Source: Spirochaetota bacterium (GTDB lineage Bacteria > Spirochaetota > Leptospiria > Turneriellales > CBDBES01). Taken from it: a stretch of DNA of 64,000 bases. The DNA lies in assembly GCA_965206985.1 (NCBI GenBank), contig CBDBLF010000009.1:15498-79497 (forward strand). The letters are read 5' to 3'. A model generated the notes under the pieces. That model saw only the letters and a program-made list of their open reading frames with translations, ran no database searches and was not told the origin of the DNA. Position 1 is the first letter of the stretch. Every line of letters begins with the position of its first letter. The position numbers and the translations under genes were made by a program. This document shows, in pieces, positions 47,338-56,371 of this stretch.

Positions 47338-50300
47338 TTATGGCCGTTGCCCAGCGAGTAGATTGCCATACGTAGCTGGTGACGCACAGTCTGTCATTGC
47401 GGTATTAAGGGTGCATCGTTTGACGGCGGGTAGTTGCGTCGTGGTGCCTAGATCCCACGCGTCGCCTAAATCAGGAAAGGTGCCACCCGTTGCTTTGAGT
47501 TCGGCGAGTGTAAGCCCCACAGCACCCATGGGGTCGACCGTAACATCACCCCGCGCTCGCTTGGGACTCTGGAGCCACCCGTCTGTTGATTGAGGTGCGT
47601 CGGTGTTCCAATAGCTATTCGTGATCGTCAAAGAAGAAGAAGAAGAAACACGCCCCACCAGACCACCGGAATAAGTAACAGAAGAAGAATAAGAAGAATA
47701 AGAATCAGAAACAACACCACCACTCCCAGAAAAGTAGCTATTCGTGATCGTGAAAGAAGAAGAAGAAGAAACACCCACCAGACCACCAGAATAAGAATAA
47801 GAAGCAGAATCAGAAACAGAATCAGAAACAACACCACCACTCCCAGAAAAGTAGCTATTCGTGATCGTCAAAGAAGAAGAAGAAGAAACACCCACCAGAC
47901 CACCAGAATAAGAATAAGAAGCAGAATCAGAACCAGAATCAGAAACAACACCACCACTCCCAGAAAAGTAGCTATTCGTAATCGTCAAAGAACCACTACC
48001 AGAAGACCCCACCAGACCACCGGAAGAAGATTCGGTAGCAGCAGAAGAAGAAGCAGAAACACCACCACTCCCAGAAAAGTAGCTATTCGTGATCGTCAAA
48101 GAAGAAGAAGAACGCCCCACCAGACCGCCGGAGTAAGCAGAAGAAGAAACACCACCACTCCCAGAAAAATAGCTATTCGTGATCGTCAAAGAAGAAAAAG
48201 AACGCCCCACCAGACCGCCAGAATGAGAAGAAGAAGAAACACCGCCAGAGATAACTCCTACATTGCGTATCTCGGCTGAGCCACCAGTCACACCAAATAA
48301 ACCCGCATAGACATCGCCTGAAGTAGAAATATTCACCCATAAGTTAGCGATTGTGTGACCGTTGCCCTCAAAAGTGCCTGTAAACTTGATTGCATCACCA
48401 CCCACCGGAGACCAACTTTCATCTTTGTTTACATCAATCACCATATGGTCTTTGCCCGCAACAGTCTCTGTGGTCATGTCAATCACGTCGTTATTGTTCG
48501 CATCAAGCAGGTCTAAAAGATCAATATTCGCCATGAGCTCGTAACCGCTGCAACCACCTGCTGGGCAACCAGAGGCATCACCCCCACCTTGTACTGAGGT
48601 TTTATAACTCGTGCCCGCCAGATCATATCGCATGTCGTCTAGCATTGTGGCAGTCCATATTTCAATGAGCCCATCGCCGTCGCTGTCAACCTTAGGAATT
48701 GCTGATTGCTCTTGTGTGGGTGAACTTGTGCCAAAGTCGGGCGTGCTCGCTGTTAGACTGTAATAATAGGTTATGCCATTGGTTAAACCGGTATGAGTAT
48801 ATGGCGCGGTAACATCAGTTATTTGATTTCCGCTGGTGCCTCCCCCTGGGGTTGTTGACCAATACAAATCGTAGGTTGACCTACTTTCAACATTCCAAGT
48901 GAGCGTCACTTGAGCGTTACCGATTGTTGCCACTAGCCCTGTAGGAGGCGGTGTTTGCATGAGTGTTGCTGATTGCTCTTGTGTGGGTGAACTTGTGCCA
49001 AAGTCGGGCGTGCTCGCTGTTAGACTGTAATAATAGGTTATGCCATTGGTTAAACCGGTATGAGTATATGGCGCGGTAACATCAGTTATTTGATTTCTGT
49101 TGGTGCCTCCCCCTGGGGTTGTTGACCAATACAAATCGTAGGTTGACCCGCTCTCAACATCCCAAGTGAGCGTCACTTGGGCGTTACCGGGTGTTGCTAT
49201 TAGCCCTGTAGGAGGCGGTGTTTGCATGGGTGTTGCTGATTGCTCTTGTGTGGGTGAACTTGTGCCAAAGTCGGGCGTGCTCGCTGTTAGACTGTAATAA
49301 TAGGTTATGCCATTGGTTAAACCGGTATGAGTATATGGCGCGGTAACATCAGTTATTTGATTTCCGTTGGTGCCTCCCCCTGGGGTTGTTGACCAATACA
49401 AATCGTAGGTTGACCCACTCTCAACATCCCAAGTGAGCGTCACTTGGGCGTTACCGATTGTTGCCATTAGCCCTGTAGGAGGCGGTGTTTGCATGGGTGT
49501 TGCTGATTGCTCTTGTGTGGGGAAACTTGTGCCAAAATGATTGGTTGCTGTCAATACGTAATAGTAATCCGTGCCATTGGTTAAACCGGTATGAGTATAT
49601 GGCGCGGTAACATCAGTTATTTGATTTCCGTTGGTGCCTCCCCCTGGGGTTGTTGACCAATACAAATCGTAGGTTGACCCGCTCTCAACATCCCAAGTGA
49701 GCGTCACTTGGGCGTTACCGGGTGTTGCTATTAGCCCTGTGGGAGGCGGTGTTTGCATGGGTGTTGCTGATTGCTCTTGTGTGGGGAAACTTGTGCCAAA
49801 ATGATTGGTTGCTGTCAATACGTAATAGTAATCCGTGCCATTGGTTAAACCGGTATGAGTATATGGCGAGGTAACATCAGCTATTTGATTCCCGTTGATG
49901 CCTTCCCCTGGGGTTGTTGACCAATACAAATCGTAGGTTGACCCGCTCTCAACATTCCAAGTGAGTATCACTTTATCGTTACCAGGTGTTGCTATTAGCC
50001 CTGTGGGGGAGGGGGTCTTTGTTGGTATTGCCAATATCTCATCTGTCAGGAGACTTACCGTAAAATCATTTCTTGCGACCATTGAGTAGTAATGAGGACG
50101 ATTATTTTTCAAACCTGTGTGGTTGAACGGAGAAGTTATATTTGCAATCTTGTCTCCGCGATTATACAGACCTGGGATTACTGACCAATATAAATCGTAT
50201 CTCATGCCTTCCTGTGTTGTATTCCAAGTGAGCTGCACTCTCGCATCAGCTGAAACAGCAGTAAAGTTGGCTGGGACGTTTATTTTTACCCCCACACCTG

Positions 50301-50415
50301 CGAAATAATCACTAAAGCTTAAATTAGTGCAACCCACGAAGCTCAGCAATAGAAGCAAGCTTAGAGAAGATAAAATTAAACGACAAAACACCACCGTAAG
50401 CATGATTCGATGCAA
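47338..50415 (-). CDS. Repetitive surface (lipo)protein: six FN3-like repeats + GLUG-motif / Ser-rich repeat region
   Basis: Signal peptide with SFVGC. One divergent and five near-identical 88-89-aa FN3-like units (PPPTGLIATPGNAQVTLTWDVESGSTYDLYWSTTPGG...). Then FTGTFEGNGHTIANLWV and about 6 units of LTITNSYFSGSGGV..SGGLVG (GLUG-type). Visibly higher GC than its neighbours. Confidence 0.8.
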   Translation of the reverse strand: MHRIMLTVVFCRLILSSLSLLLLLSFVGCTNLSFSDYFAGVGVKINVPANFTAVSADARVQLTWNTTQEGMRYDLYWSVIPGLYNRGDKIANITSPFNHTGLKNNRPHYYSMVARNDFTVSLLTDEILAIPTKTPSPTGLIATPGNDKVILTWNVESGSTYDLYWSTTPGEGINGNQIADVTSPYTHTGLTNGTDYYYVLTATNHFGTSFPTQEQSATPMQTPPPTGLIATPGNAQVTLTWDVESGSTYDLYWSTTPGGGTNGNQITDVTAPYTHTGLTNGTDYYYVLTATNHFGTSFPTQEQSATPMQTPPPTGLMATIGNAQVTLTWDVESGSTYDLYWSTTPGGGTNGNQITDVTAPYTHTGLTNGITYYYSLTASTPDFGTSSPTQEQSATPMQTPPPTGLIATPGNAQVTLTWDVESGSTYDLYWSTTPGGGTNRNQITDVTAPYTHTGLTNGITYYYSLTASTPDFGTSSPTQEQSATLMQTPPPTGLVATIGNAQVTLTWNVESRSTYDLYWSTTPGGGTSGNQITDVTAPYTHTGLTNGITYYYSLTASTPDFGTSSPTQEQSAIPKVDSDGDGLIEIWTATMLDDMRYDLAGTSYKTSVQGGGDASGCPAGGCSGYELMANIDLLDLLDANNNDVIDMTTETVAGKDHMVIDVNKDESWSPVGGDAIKFTGTFEGNGHTIANLWVNISTSGDVYAGLFGVTGGSAEIRNVGVISGGVSSSSHSGGLVGRSFSSLTITNSYFSGSGGVSSSAYSGGLVGRSSSSLTITNSYFSGSGGVSASSSAATESSSGGLVGSSGSGSLTITNSYFSGSGGVVSDSGSDSASYSYSGGLVGVSSSSSLTITNSYFSGSGGVVSDSVSDSASYSYSGGLVGVSSSSSFTITNSYFSGSGGVVSDSYSSYSSSVTYSGGLVGRVSSSSSLTITNSYWNTDAPQSTDGWLQSPKRARGDVTVDPMGAVGLTLAELKATGGTFPDLGDAWDLGTTTQLPAVKRCTLNTAMTDCASPATYGNLLAGQRP
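47600..48260 (-). repeat. Tandem ~90-120-bp coding repeats (GLUG/Ser-rich units)
   Basis: cccagaaaagtagctattcgtgatcgt recurs about 5-6 times, separated by agaagaagaaga (TCT Ser codons on the coding strand). Confidence 0.8.
48685..50013 (-). repeat. Five near-identical tandem 264-267-bp coding repeats (FN3-like units R2-R6)
   Basis: The landmark ggcggtgtttgcatg recurs at about 48950, 49215, 49482 and 49745. Long stretches are identical between units. Confidence 0.85.
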
Positions 50416-50523
50416 ACAAAAATTGTCAATTCTTTTTTTTTAGTGAAAAAAATGGATAGTAAAAAGTGGGGAGATGACTTTTCTAATATACCAAGATTGG
50501 TTTTCAAAGGTTTTTTTGAAAGC

Positions 50524-51090
50524 TTAATAAAGCAACCTACCTAAGTATGCGGAGTCAACAGAAATAAAATTGCCCATCGATAATGTTTTTTTTCTGTCGA
50601 GTGGATTTTTCTTTCGATTTTGCTCACCAAATTCTTTTACCTGAGAGTTTATATCTGGTGCTTGCTCTGTTTTTTCGCTATCTGCCTTTTGGACAATTTT
50701 TTCATTGTTTTCTGACTTCTTTCGTCGTTTTAAAAAAAAAAGCATATTCTTGGGAACCTCACCTACTTCACCCAGATAGCTGAATGTAACTTGATAAAGC
50801 AAACCAATCGTCAATTTTTGAACAATATGGTCTCGGTCATAATCCCATCGGTCAATTCGATATTGTAGATTAAGAGAATCTCTCTTAAAATCATAGAAAA
50901 CTAGATAATTACCTTTGCTACCCTGATAGTATAGACTCATTTGATTCTTTTGGTTGACCTTTTCAATGGTTAATTGTTTCTTGATCTGAGGATCCCGTGC
51001 TTTGAGCAACTCCGCCCAAACAAAACTTCCGTTAAGAGTAAAGAGATAAAAACATATGCAGTAAAAGATTAGAAAAGAGCGCAACTTCAC
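50524..51090 (-). CDS. Hypothetical secreted protein
   Basis: 188 aa, N-terminal signal-like segment. 4-nt overlap with the upstream HEAT-repeat gene. Confidence 0.45.
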   Translation of the reverse strand: MKLRSFLIFYCICFYLFTLNGSFVWAELLKARDPQIKKQLTIEKVNQKNQMSLYYQGSKGNYLVFYDFKRDSLNLQYRIDRWDYDRDHIVQKLTIGLLYQVTFSYLGEVGEVPKNMLFFLKRRKKSENNEKIVQKADSEKTEQAPDINSQVKEFGEQNRKKNPLDRKKTLSMGNFISVDSAYLGRLLY

Positions 51091-52136
51091 TTTTTATCTT
51101 TATTTTTTGGGAGAGCCTTTTGTGCCGCTCTTTGAACTTTAGGGCTGGGATCATATTTTGATTGATATTCAAGTAATTCTTGTAATCTAGGTGAATCAAT
51201 CTCTCTGATATACTCGATCACTTTTAGACGAATTGTCTCGTCATCATCTCTGGCCATCATAAAAAGAATTTTTGTTGCTGACTCGTCTTTGAGTTGAACC
51301 AAGGCATATATAATGTTTCTCCGGAGACCTCGGAATTTCTTTTTTTCATCAATATGAACCAACTTTTCAATTTTTTTGAACTCATTCTGTAGGGGAATGC
51401 CTGCACTCGCAATTTTCATTTTCCCGAGTGAATAAATGGCGGATTCTCGTAATTTTAGCCTTGCTTCTTCGTCTGTTGCTAACTTCTTTAAAAAATTAAT
51501 CATGGGTTTTGTCCTGTAGTTAATGTGAGCAAGATGAATCATAATTCTACGCCGTAATTCTGTGTTGGTTTTATTTACGATGAGCTTGTCAAAAAGGAAG
51601 TTGCCGAGGGATTGATCTTTCAACGAGGCAAGTGCTACTAACAAATCAGGAATACGCTCATTGTTTTGTGTAAAATCAACTTCTTTCATAATTTCTATAA
51701 TAACAGGAACGGCTTCCTGAATTTTTTTCTTGTCAATACTACGCACTGTAGTGAAAAATATATTATTCGATGGGTCTTTCAAATAGGGGGGTATCTTCTT
51801 ATCTAGGCCTCTCACTTTGATATCCCCGATAGTTTCGATGACCTTTCTTTTTATCAAAGCATTTGGAGACTCTAAAAGACCATCAAGTTGTTCAATGTAG
51901 ATCGCCTGCTCTTTTGGCTTGAGATGTTTAAACCCACCCAAAACCTTCACAACCTTTTCAGCAGTACCGAACTTGAGTACCAAACGAATATTCTTTAGTT
52001 TTTTCTCGTTGCGAGATTCATAAGCGTCTGATGCAAGTGGTTTCACCTTTGCATCAGCAGAAAATTTAGGGAATAAAACAGTATAGATAACCAATACGAC
52101 AGCCGAAAAAAACCTAAAAAAAACGACGCTCCGCAT
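51087..52136 (-). CDS. HEAT/PBS-lyase-like repeat protein with signal peptide
   Basis: Repeated alpha-helical units (..RKVIETIGDIK.., ..ESAIYSLGKMK.., ..RRNIIYALVQLKD.., DPSPKVQRAAQKAL). ATG 52136 (MRSVVFFRFFSAVVLV) preferred over 52190. Confidence 0.5.
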   Translation of the reverse strand: MRSVVFFRFFSAVVLVIYTVLFPKFSADAKVKPLASDAYESRNEKKLKNIRLVLKFGTAEKVVKVLGGFKHLKPKEQAIYIEQLDGLLESPNALIKRKVIETIGDIKVRGLDKKIPPYLKDPSNNIFFTTVRSIDKKKIQEAVPVIIEIMKEVDFTQNNERIPDLLVALASLKDQSLGNFLFDKLIVNKTNTELRRRIMIHLAHINYRTKPMINFLKKLATDEEARLKLRESAIYSLGKMKIASAGIPLQNEFKKIEKLVHIDEKKKFRGLRRNIIYALVQLKDESATKILFMMARDDDETIRLKVIEYIREIDSPRLQELLEYQSKYDPSPKVQRAAQKALPKNKDKK

Positions 52137-52250
52137 GAAGAAGTAATGTCTGAGACGACGACCGTGGCACCAGCAATTTCTGCCACTCATTCACTCATTC
52201 ACTCCTGCCTGACAAAATAAAGGGTTAGGAACACAAAAACCATTGTTCGA

Positions 52251-54743
52251 TTATTGACTAAGTAGACGAATTACCTGCTCATACTTTTTCTTTTGGGGAT
52301 GGTTGGGGTAGCTATTAACAATTTTCTGGAATGCATCTCTGGCAGAAATTTTATCTTTTAGTTTTCTGTGGTACAAGAACGCCAACCCCTCCATGGCGGG
52401 TAACTGAGAAGGCTTTTGATCTAAGATCAGTAAATATTGACGTTCCGATTGTTTGTAAGAGCCCAGTTTCTCGAGACTTTGGGCAAAAGCCAACCGAGTA
52501 TCAGCATGGTTGGGTCGGATCAATAATGCCTCCTCGTAGTATTTCTTAGCCTCTGTGTAATTTTTAGCTCGAAAATATATATTACCAAGATTAAGGGAAG
52601 GCTCAAAAGCAGAAGGGTTAAGCTCCAGTGCTGCTTTGTAAGCACTCTCTGCTTCGTTAAAATTTTTCATTTTAGAGTAAACACCCCCTATGTTTAGATG
52701 TGCTTTGTAGTAACTTTCATCTTTTTTAAGGGCATTTTGATATTCTGATATTGCCAGCGTATAGTTTTTTTCTTCTTCAGCAATAATCCCAAGCTGATAA
52801 GAGGTTGTGGGATCTTCTGGTCTTTCAATTTGGAGTTGATTCAGCAGGCCTTTTGCCTGAGGTTTCTGATTCGACTTTGACTGAAGCAGAGCTAAATTAA
52901 AACGAGCTTCGTAGTGTTTAGGGTTCAGACGAATCGCCTTTTCATATTCAGACTTAGCATCTCTAATTTTACCTTCTTTTGCGAAAAGTTCTCCTCTCTG
53001 ATAAAACAAATTCGAATCATTTGGGTTGATTTTTTCTGCACGGGAAAAACTATTCAAAGCTAATGTGTGTTTCCCTATTTTTTTATAGGATATCCCCAAA
53101 TTAAAGTGACCTTGATAAAGGTCGGGTTTGATACGAAGAGAATTTTTATAAGCTTCAATCGCACGATTGTTGCTGAGAAGTCTATCATAACAGAGACCTT
53201 GCGAATAGTGAGCATTTACAAACTGAGGGTCAACTTTGATCGACTCACTAAAAGAGTTTAAAGCCTTGGAGTATTTGCCCTGGCGATAGTAAAGAAGACC
53301 GAGATGATAAAATATTTTTTTATCTTTCAGATTTTTTGCAATAGCCTTCTTATAATTTGTGATTGCCTCCGCATCTTCTCTTAATTTATCCTGAGCTCTG
53401 GCTAATAAATAATCAACTTTTGGGTAGTTTGGGGCTTCATCTTGGGCTTCAGAAAAATTTTTTCTAGCAATCGCGTACTGTTTTTCTTTGAAAGCTGCTT
53501 TGCCCTCTGTGATTAATTTAGATGCTTTTTCATTAATTTTTTCTTCTTCGACTCCCCGCTTATTTCCTGAGGCACTTCCGCCGCTGTCACCACGACCAGA
53601 ATTTGCCGACAAACCGTCACCTCCGTCAGAAATTCCATCCTCTGGAAAGATGCCTTCTGAAATGTTTTCGTTGCCACTTGCAGAACTACTACCATCTCCC
53701 GCTGATGATTCAAGCTTTGCTTTAGCTCTTTGTTTGTTGAAATCACTCAAAACTGTTTGATATTTATTTCTCAAAGCTTGGTCTCTCGAGTTCCAAGAGA
53801 GCGCCTTTTTGTAATGATCGAGAGCTTCTTGAATTTTTCCGTCTTGTCTTGCGATATCTCCTAATGCTTCAGAAGCGTCGGAGTTGACATAGTCTCCTTG
53901 GCTAGCCGCTTCTCGAAGACTTTTCTCATAACCAAGCCGATCACCCTTAGCAAGGTGAGCCTGTGCCACTTTATAGCGAATCCGTGAGTGATCTTTAGCG
54001 GAAGGTTTAAGCTCAAGTGCTCTTTCGTAAGAGTTGATTGCCTTGTCAAAATTCTTCAGCTTCCTATAACCATCGCCCAGATTCTCAAAAGCTTTATAAC
54101 TACTAGGGTTATTACGAACGGCATTACGCAATTCAGATAAAGCATCTTTACTTCTATTCGCTCGAAAAGCTTGGTTTGCAATATTCCTGTACGCTTCAGG
54201 GTCTTTCCGGTTTACTTTCTTAGCTCGCTGATATTCTTTTTTTGCTTTTTTATGCTCTTTTCTTTTGTCGTGGATATTGCCTTTTTTATTATAAGCATCT
54301 GTTTTTTTGGGGTCAAGGCTTTTTGCACGCTCAAGGGTTTTGATCGCCTCATCAAATTTATTCTGTTTTGAGAGGGCATGAGCTAATTCAGTCAAAATAT
54401 CATACTTTGTTTTGGCGGCCAATTGGGCATCATCTGATAGAGGAGCTTTCTGACTCAATCGGTCAGCTTTTACTAAGTATTGGGTCGCTTTTTTAAACTG
54501 TTGGAGTTCGTTATAAATTTTACCAATTTCATAATGAGAAAGGGCATCATCAGAATCTAATTCAATCAGCTTTTTTAATGAATTTAATTTTTCAATTCTC
54601 TGATCATTGATATTTTCTAATGCATACTGAGAAAGATCATCAAAACTTCCTCCCATTTTTCCACAAATAATGTTACTAAGTACCACACCAGTGAGTATGG
54701 TTGCGATGCCCAAACCAATTAGTTTCTTCCTATTTTTTTCCAT
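52251..54743 (-). CDS. Large TPR-repeat protein with N-terminal TM anchor and central Gly/Ser/Asp-rich linker
   Basis: 830 aa with many 34-aa TPR-like units (..A..Y..AL.L.P....A..NLG..Y...). Confidence 0.65.
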   Translation of the reverse strand: MEKNRKKLIGLGIATILTGVVLSNIICGKMGGSFDDLSQYALENINDQRIEKLNSLKKLIELDSDDALSHYEIGKIYNELQQFKKATQYLVKADRLSQKAPLSDDAQLAAKTKYDILTELAHALSKQNKFDEAIKTLERAKSLDPKKTDAYNKKGNIHDKRKEHKKAKKEYQRAKKVNRKDPEAYRNIANQAFRANRSKDALSELRNAVRNNPSSYKAFENLGDGYRKLKNFDKAINSYERALELKPSAKDHSRIRYKVAQAHLAKGDRLGYEKSLREAASQGDYVNSDASEALGDIARQDGKIQEALDHYKKALSWNSRDQALRNKYQTVLSDFNKQRAKAKLESSAGDGSSSASGNENISEGIFPEDGISDGGDGLSANSGRGDSGGSASGNKRGVEEEKINEKASKLITEGKAAFKEKQYAIARKNFSEAQDEAPNYPKVDYLLARAQDKLREDAEAITNYKKAIAKNLKDKKIFYHLGLLYYRQGKYSKALNSFSESIKVDPQFVNAHYSQGLCYDRLLSNNRAIEAYKNSLRIKPDLYQGHFNLGISYKKIGKHTLALNSFSRAEKINPNDSNLFYQRGELFAKEGKIRDAKSEYEKAIRLNPKHYEARFNLALLQSKSNQKPQAKGLLNQLQIERPEDPTTSYQLGIIAEEEKNYTLAISEYQNALKKDESYYKAHLNIGGVYSKMKNFNEAESAYKAALELNPSAFEPSLNLGNIYFRAKNYTEAKKYYEEALLIRPNHADTRLAFAQSLEKLGSYKQSERQYLLILDQKPSQLPAMEGLAFLYHRKLKDKISARDAFQKIVNSYPNHPQKKKYEQVIRLLSQ

Positions 54744-54977
54744 GATTTTCCTTTGCGATCATTTATTTGACTATTTTTTCAAAAGCTTACCCCTCAGGTA
54801 CGAGTGACAAAGAAACCAAAATCACCAAACCACGGTGACCATCCCCGATGCACTCGCTCTCGTATGTATCTGATTTTCGCATGAAGAGCCGTTGCATTCT
54901 CGACATATTCTCTCATAAAAGCAAGCTAAAAATTTAAAAAGGTTTTCTATCCGTCTCATTCCTCATTCTATGCACTG

Positions 54978-55427
54978 GTGCTCTTTTTCTTGACCCTCAC
55001 CCTGTTTTTAACAAGCACAGTTACTGCGAAGGAAGTTTTATTTACGCACAACGAAAAAAAAGCTTTTCGGAGAGAGATGATAGAATTAGATGTGCAGATT
55101 AGAAATTTGTCATCAGCGATCTCATTAGGTGATGTTGATGCGGTACAAGATGCACTGGCAAGGTTAAGTACTTCGCGAGTTTCGGAAATCCCCCGATACA
55201 AGCGGGCAATAAGATCGGTTCACGCCAAATTAAAAAAAAAAGGGCTGTACCACATCTATCTTACAAAAATCCGATCAGGGGCAGGTGATTTGCATAAGAT
55301 AATTAATAACGATCTGAAGAAAAACAAAAAAAGAGAGCATTTGAAAGTCAACTGGGGAAACATAACAAAACAACATCAAACAATAATAGAAAACTGTCGC
55401 TTGTGTCATTTTAAGATGCTAAAGTAA
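54978..55427 (+). CDS. Class II-like c-type cytochrome (four-helix-bundle type, C-terminal haem site)
   Basis: Signal peptide. Single CRLCH six residues from the C-terminus. About 130-aa helical mature protein. Confidence 0.5.
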   Translation: MLFFLTLTLFLTSTVTAKEVLFTHNEKKAFRREMIELDVQIRNLSSAISLGDVDAVQDALARLSTSRVSEIPRYKRAIRSVHAKLKKKGLYHIYLTKIRSGAGDLHKIINNDLKKNKKREHLKVNWGNITKQHQTIIENCRLCHFKMLK

Positions 55428-55441
55428 CACGTCACTTAAAT

Positions 55442-56329
55442 ATGAAGTTATTATCTGCTCTTTATCACATTCTCGAAAAACGCAATGAATTTTATCTGAG
55501 AAATAAGTCTTTTTATTTTTTAATTTCTTTGGGAAGTCTCCTCTTCTGGGTTTTTGCCTTCAAGTCTTCTGTTTTAGACGCAAATAACATTCCTACAGGC
55601 TCCATGATTCCCACTCTAAAAATTGGCGATCTACTTTTTGTCAACAAAATGCGTTATTCCGTAAAACTCCCGTTTTCGAATGTAACTCTTTGGAATATGG
55701 ATCAACCAAAACGAGGAGATATTGTCACTTTTACCCCCCCACAAAGACCTGGCTTACACGGAAAAACTCTCGTTAAAAGAGTGGTGGGGGTTCCCGATGA
55801 TGTTGTTCGCGTGTTTGATAATGAAATCAGCATTAGCGGTATCCCATACCCAGTGACTCTTCAGAAAGACCGAAAAGTATTGAAAGACCTAGATTATCCT
55901 GGGAAATACCGCGGTGGCAGTATTGACGATTTTCAATTATTCAAAGAAAAGATTATAAACCCACAGACGAAAAAAGTTTTTGCAGAACACTATATGATGA
56001 AGGCTGATATTTCCAAGGTCGTTTACATATCCAGACTTAGATCACCAAATAAGAGCTGGTCGATACCCAAAAGGCACTATATGGTAATGGGTGATAATCG
56101 AGATGACTCCGAAGATTCTCGTGAATGGGGGCTAGTGCCCATTGAACAGATACACGGCAAGGTATTTGCAATTTATTTCTCTGTGAATTGGGGCTATCGC
56201 CTGGCAGAACCTCTCGACCACAATAATGTATTAAGCACCAACCCAATTATTAATTTTATACAAAGTTTTACCGGGAAGTACCCCAAAACGTATGTTCGTT
56301 GGAACAGGGTCGGTAAGAGAATATACTAA
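55442..56329 (+). CDS. lepB: Signal peptidase I
   Basis: IPTGSMIPTLKIGD (Ser box), VKRVVGVPDD, GDNRDDSEDSREWG. Confidence 0.9.
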   Translation: MKLLSALYHILEKRNEFYLRNKSFYFLISLGSLLFWVFAFKSSVLDANNIPTGSMIPTLKIGDLLFVNKMRYSVKLPFSNVTLWNMDQPKRGDIVTFTPPQRPGLHGKTLVKRVVGVPDDVVRVFDNEISISGIPYPVTLQKDRKVLKDLDYPGKYRGGSIDDFQLFKEKIINPQTKKVFAEHYMMKADISKVVYISRLRSPNKSWSIPKRHYMVMGDNRDDSEDSREWGLVPIEQIHGKVFAIYFSVNWGYRLAEPLDHNNVLSTNPIINFIQSFTGKYPKTYVRWNRVGKRIY

Positions 56330-56371
56330 AACAAAATTAGAGAAACACAACCTTTTTTACCGATAATAATT

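Noticed and set aside
47545-47553. RGD tripeptides in the FN3/GLUG protein as integrin-binding motifs
   Set aside because: A tripeptide occurring twice in 1,025 aa is compatible with chance. It is mentioned only as a note.
47590-48279. 229-aa Arg-rich ORF on the plus strand (and the 70-aa ORF 47628-47840)
   Set aside because: It is the antisense or alternate-frame shadow of the Ser-rich (TCT)n GLUG-repeat coding region. It has low complexity and no start context.
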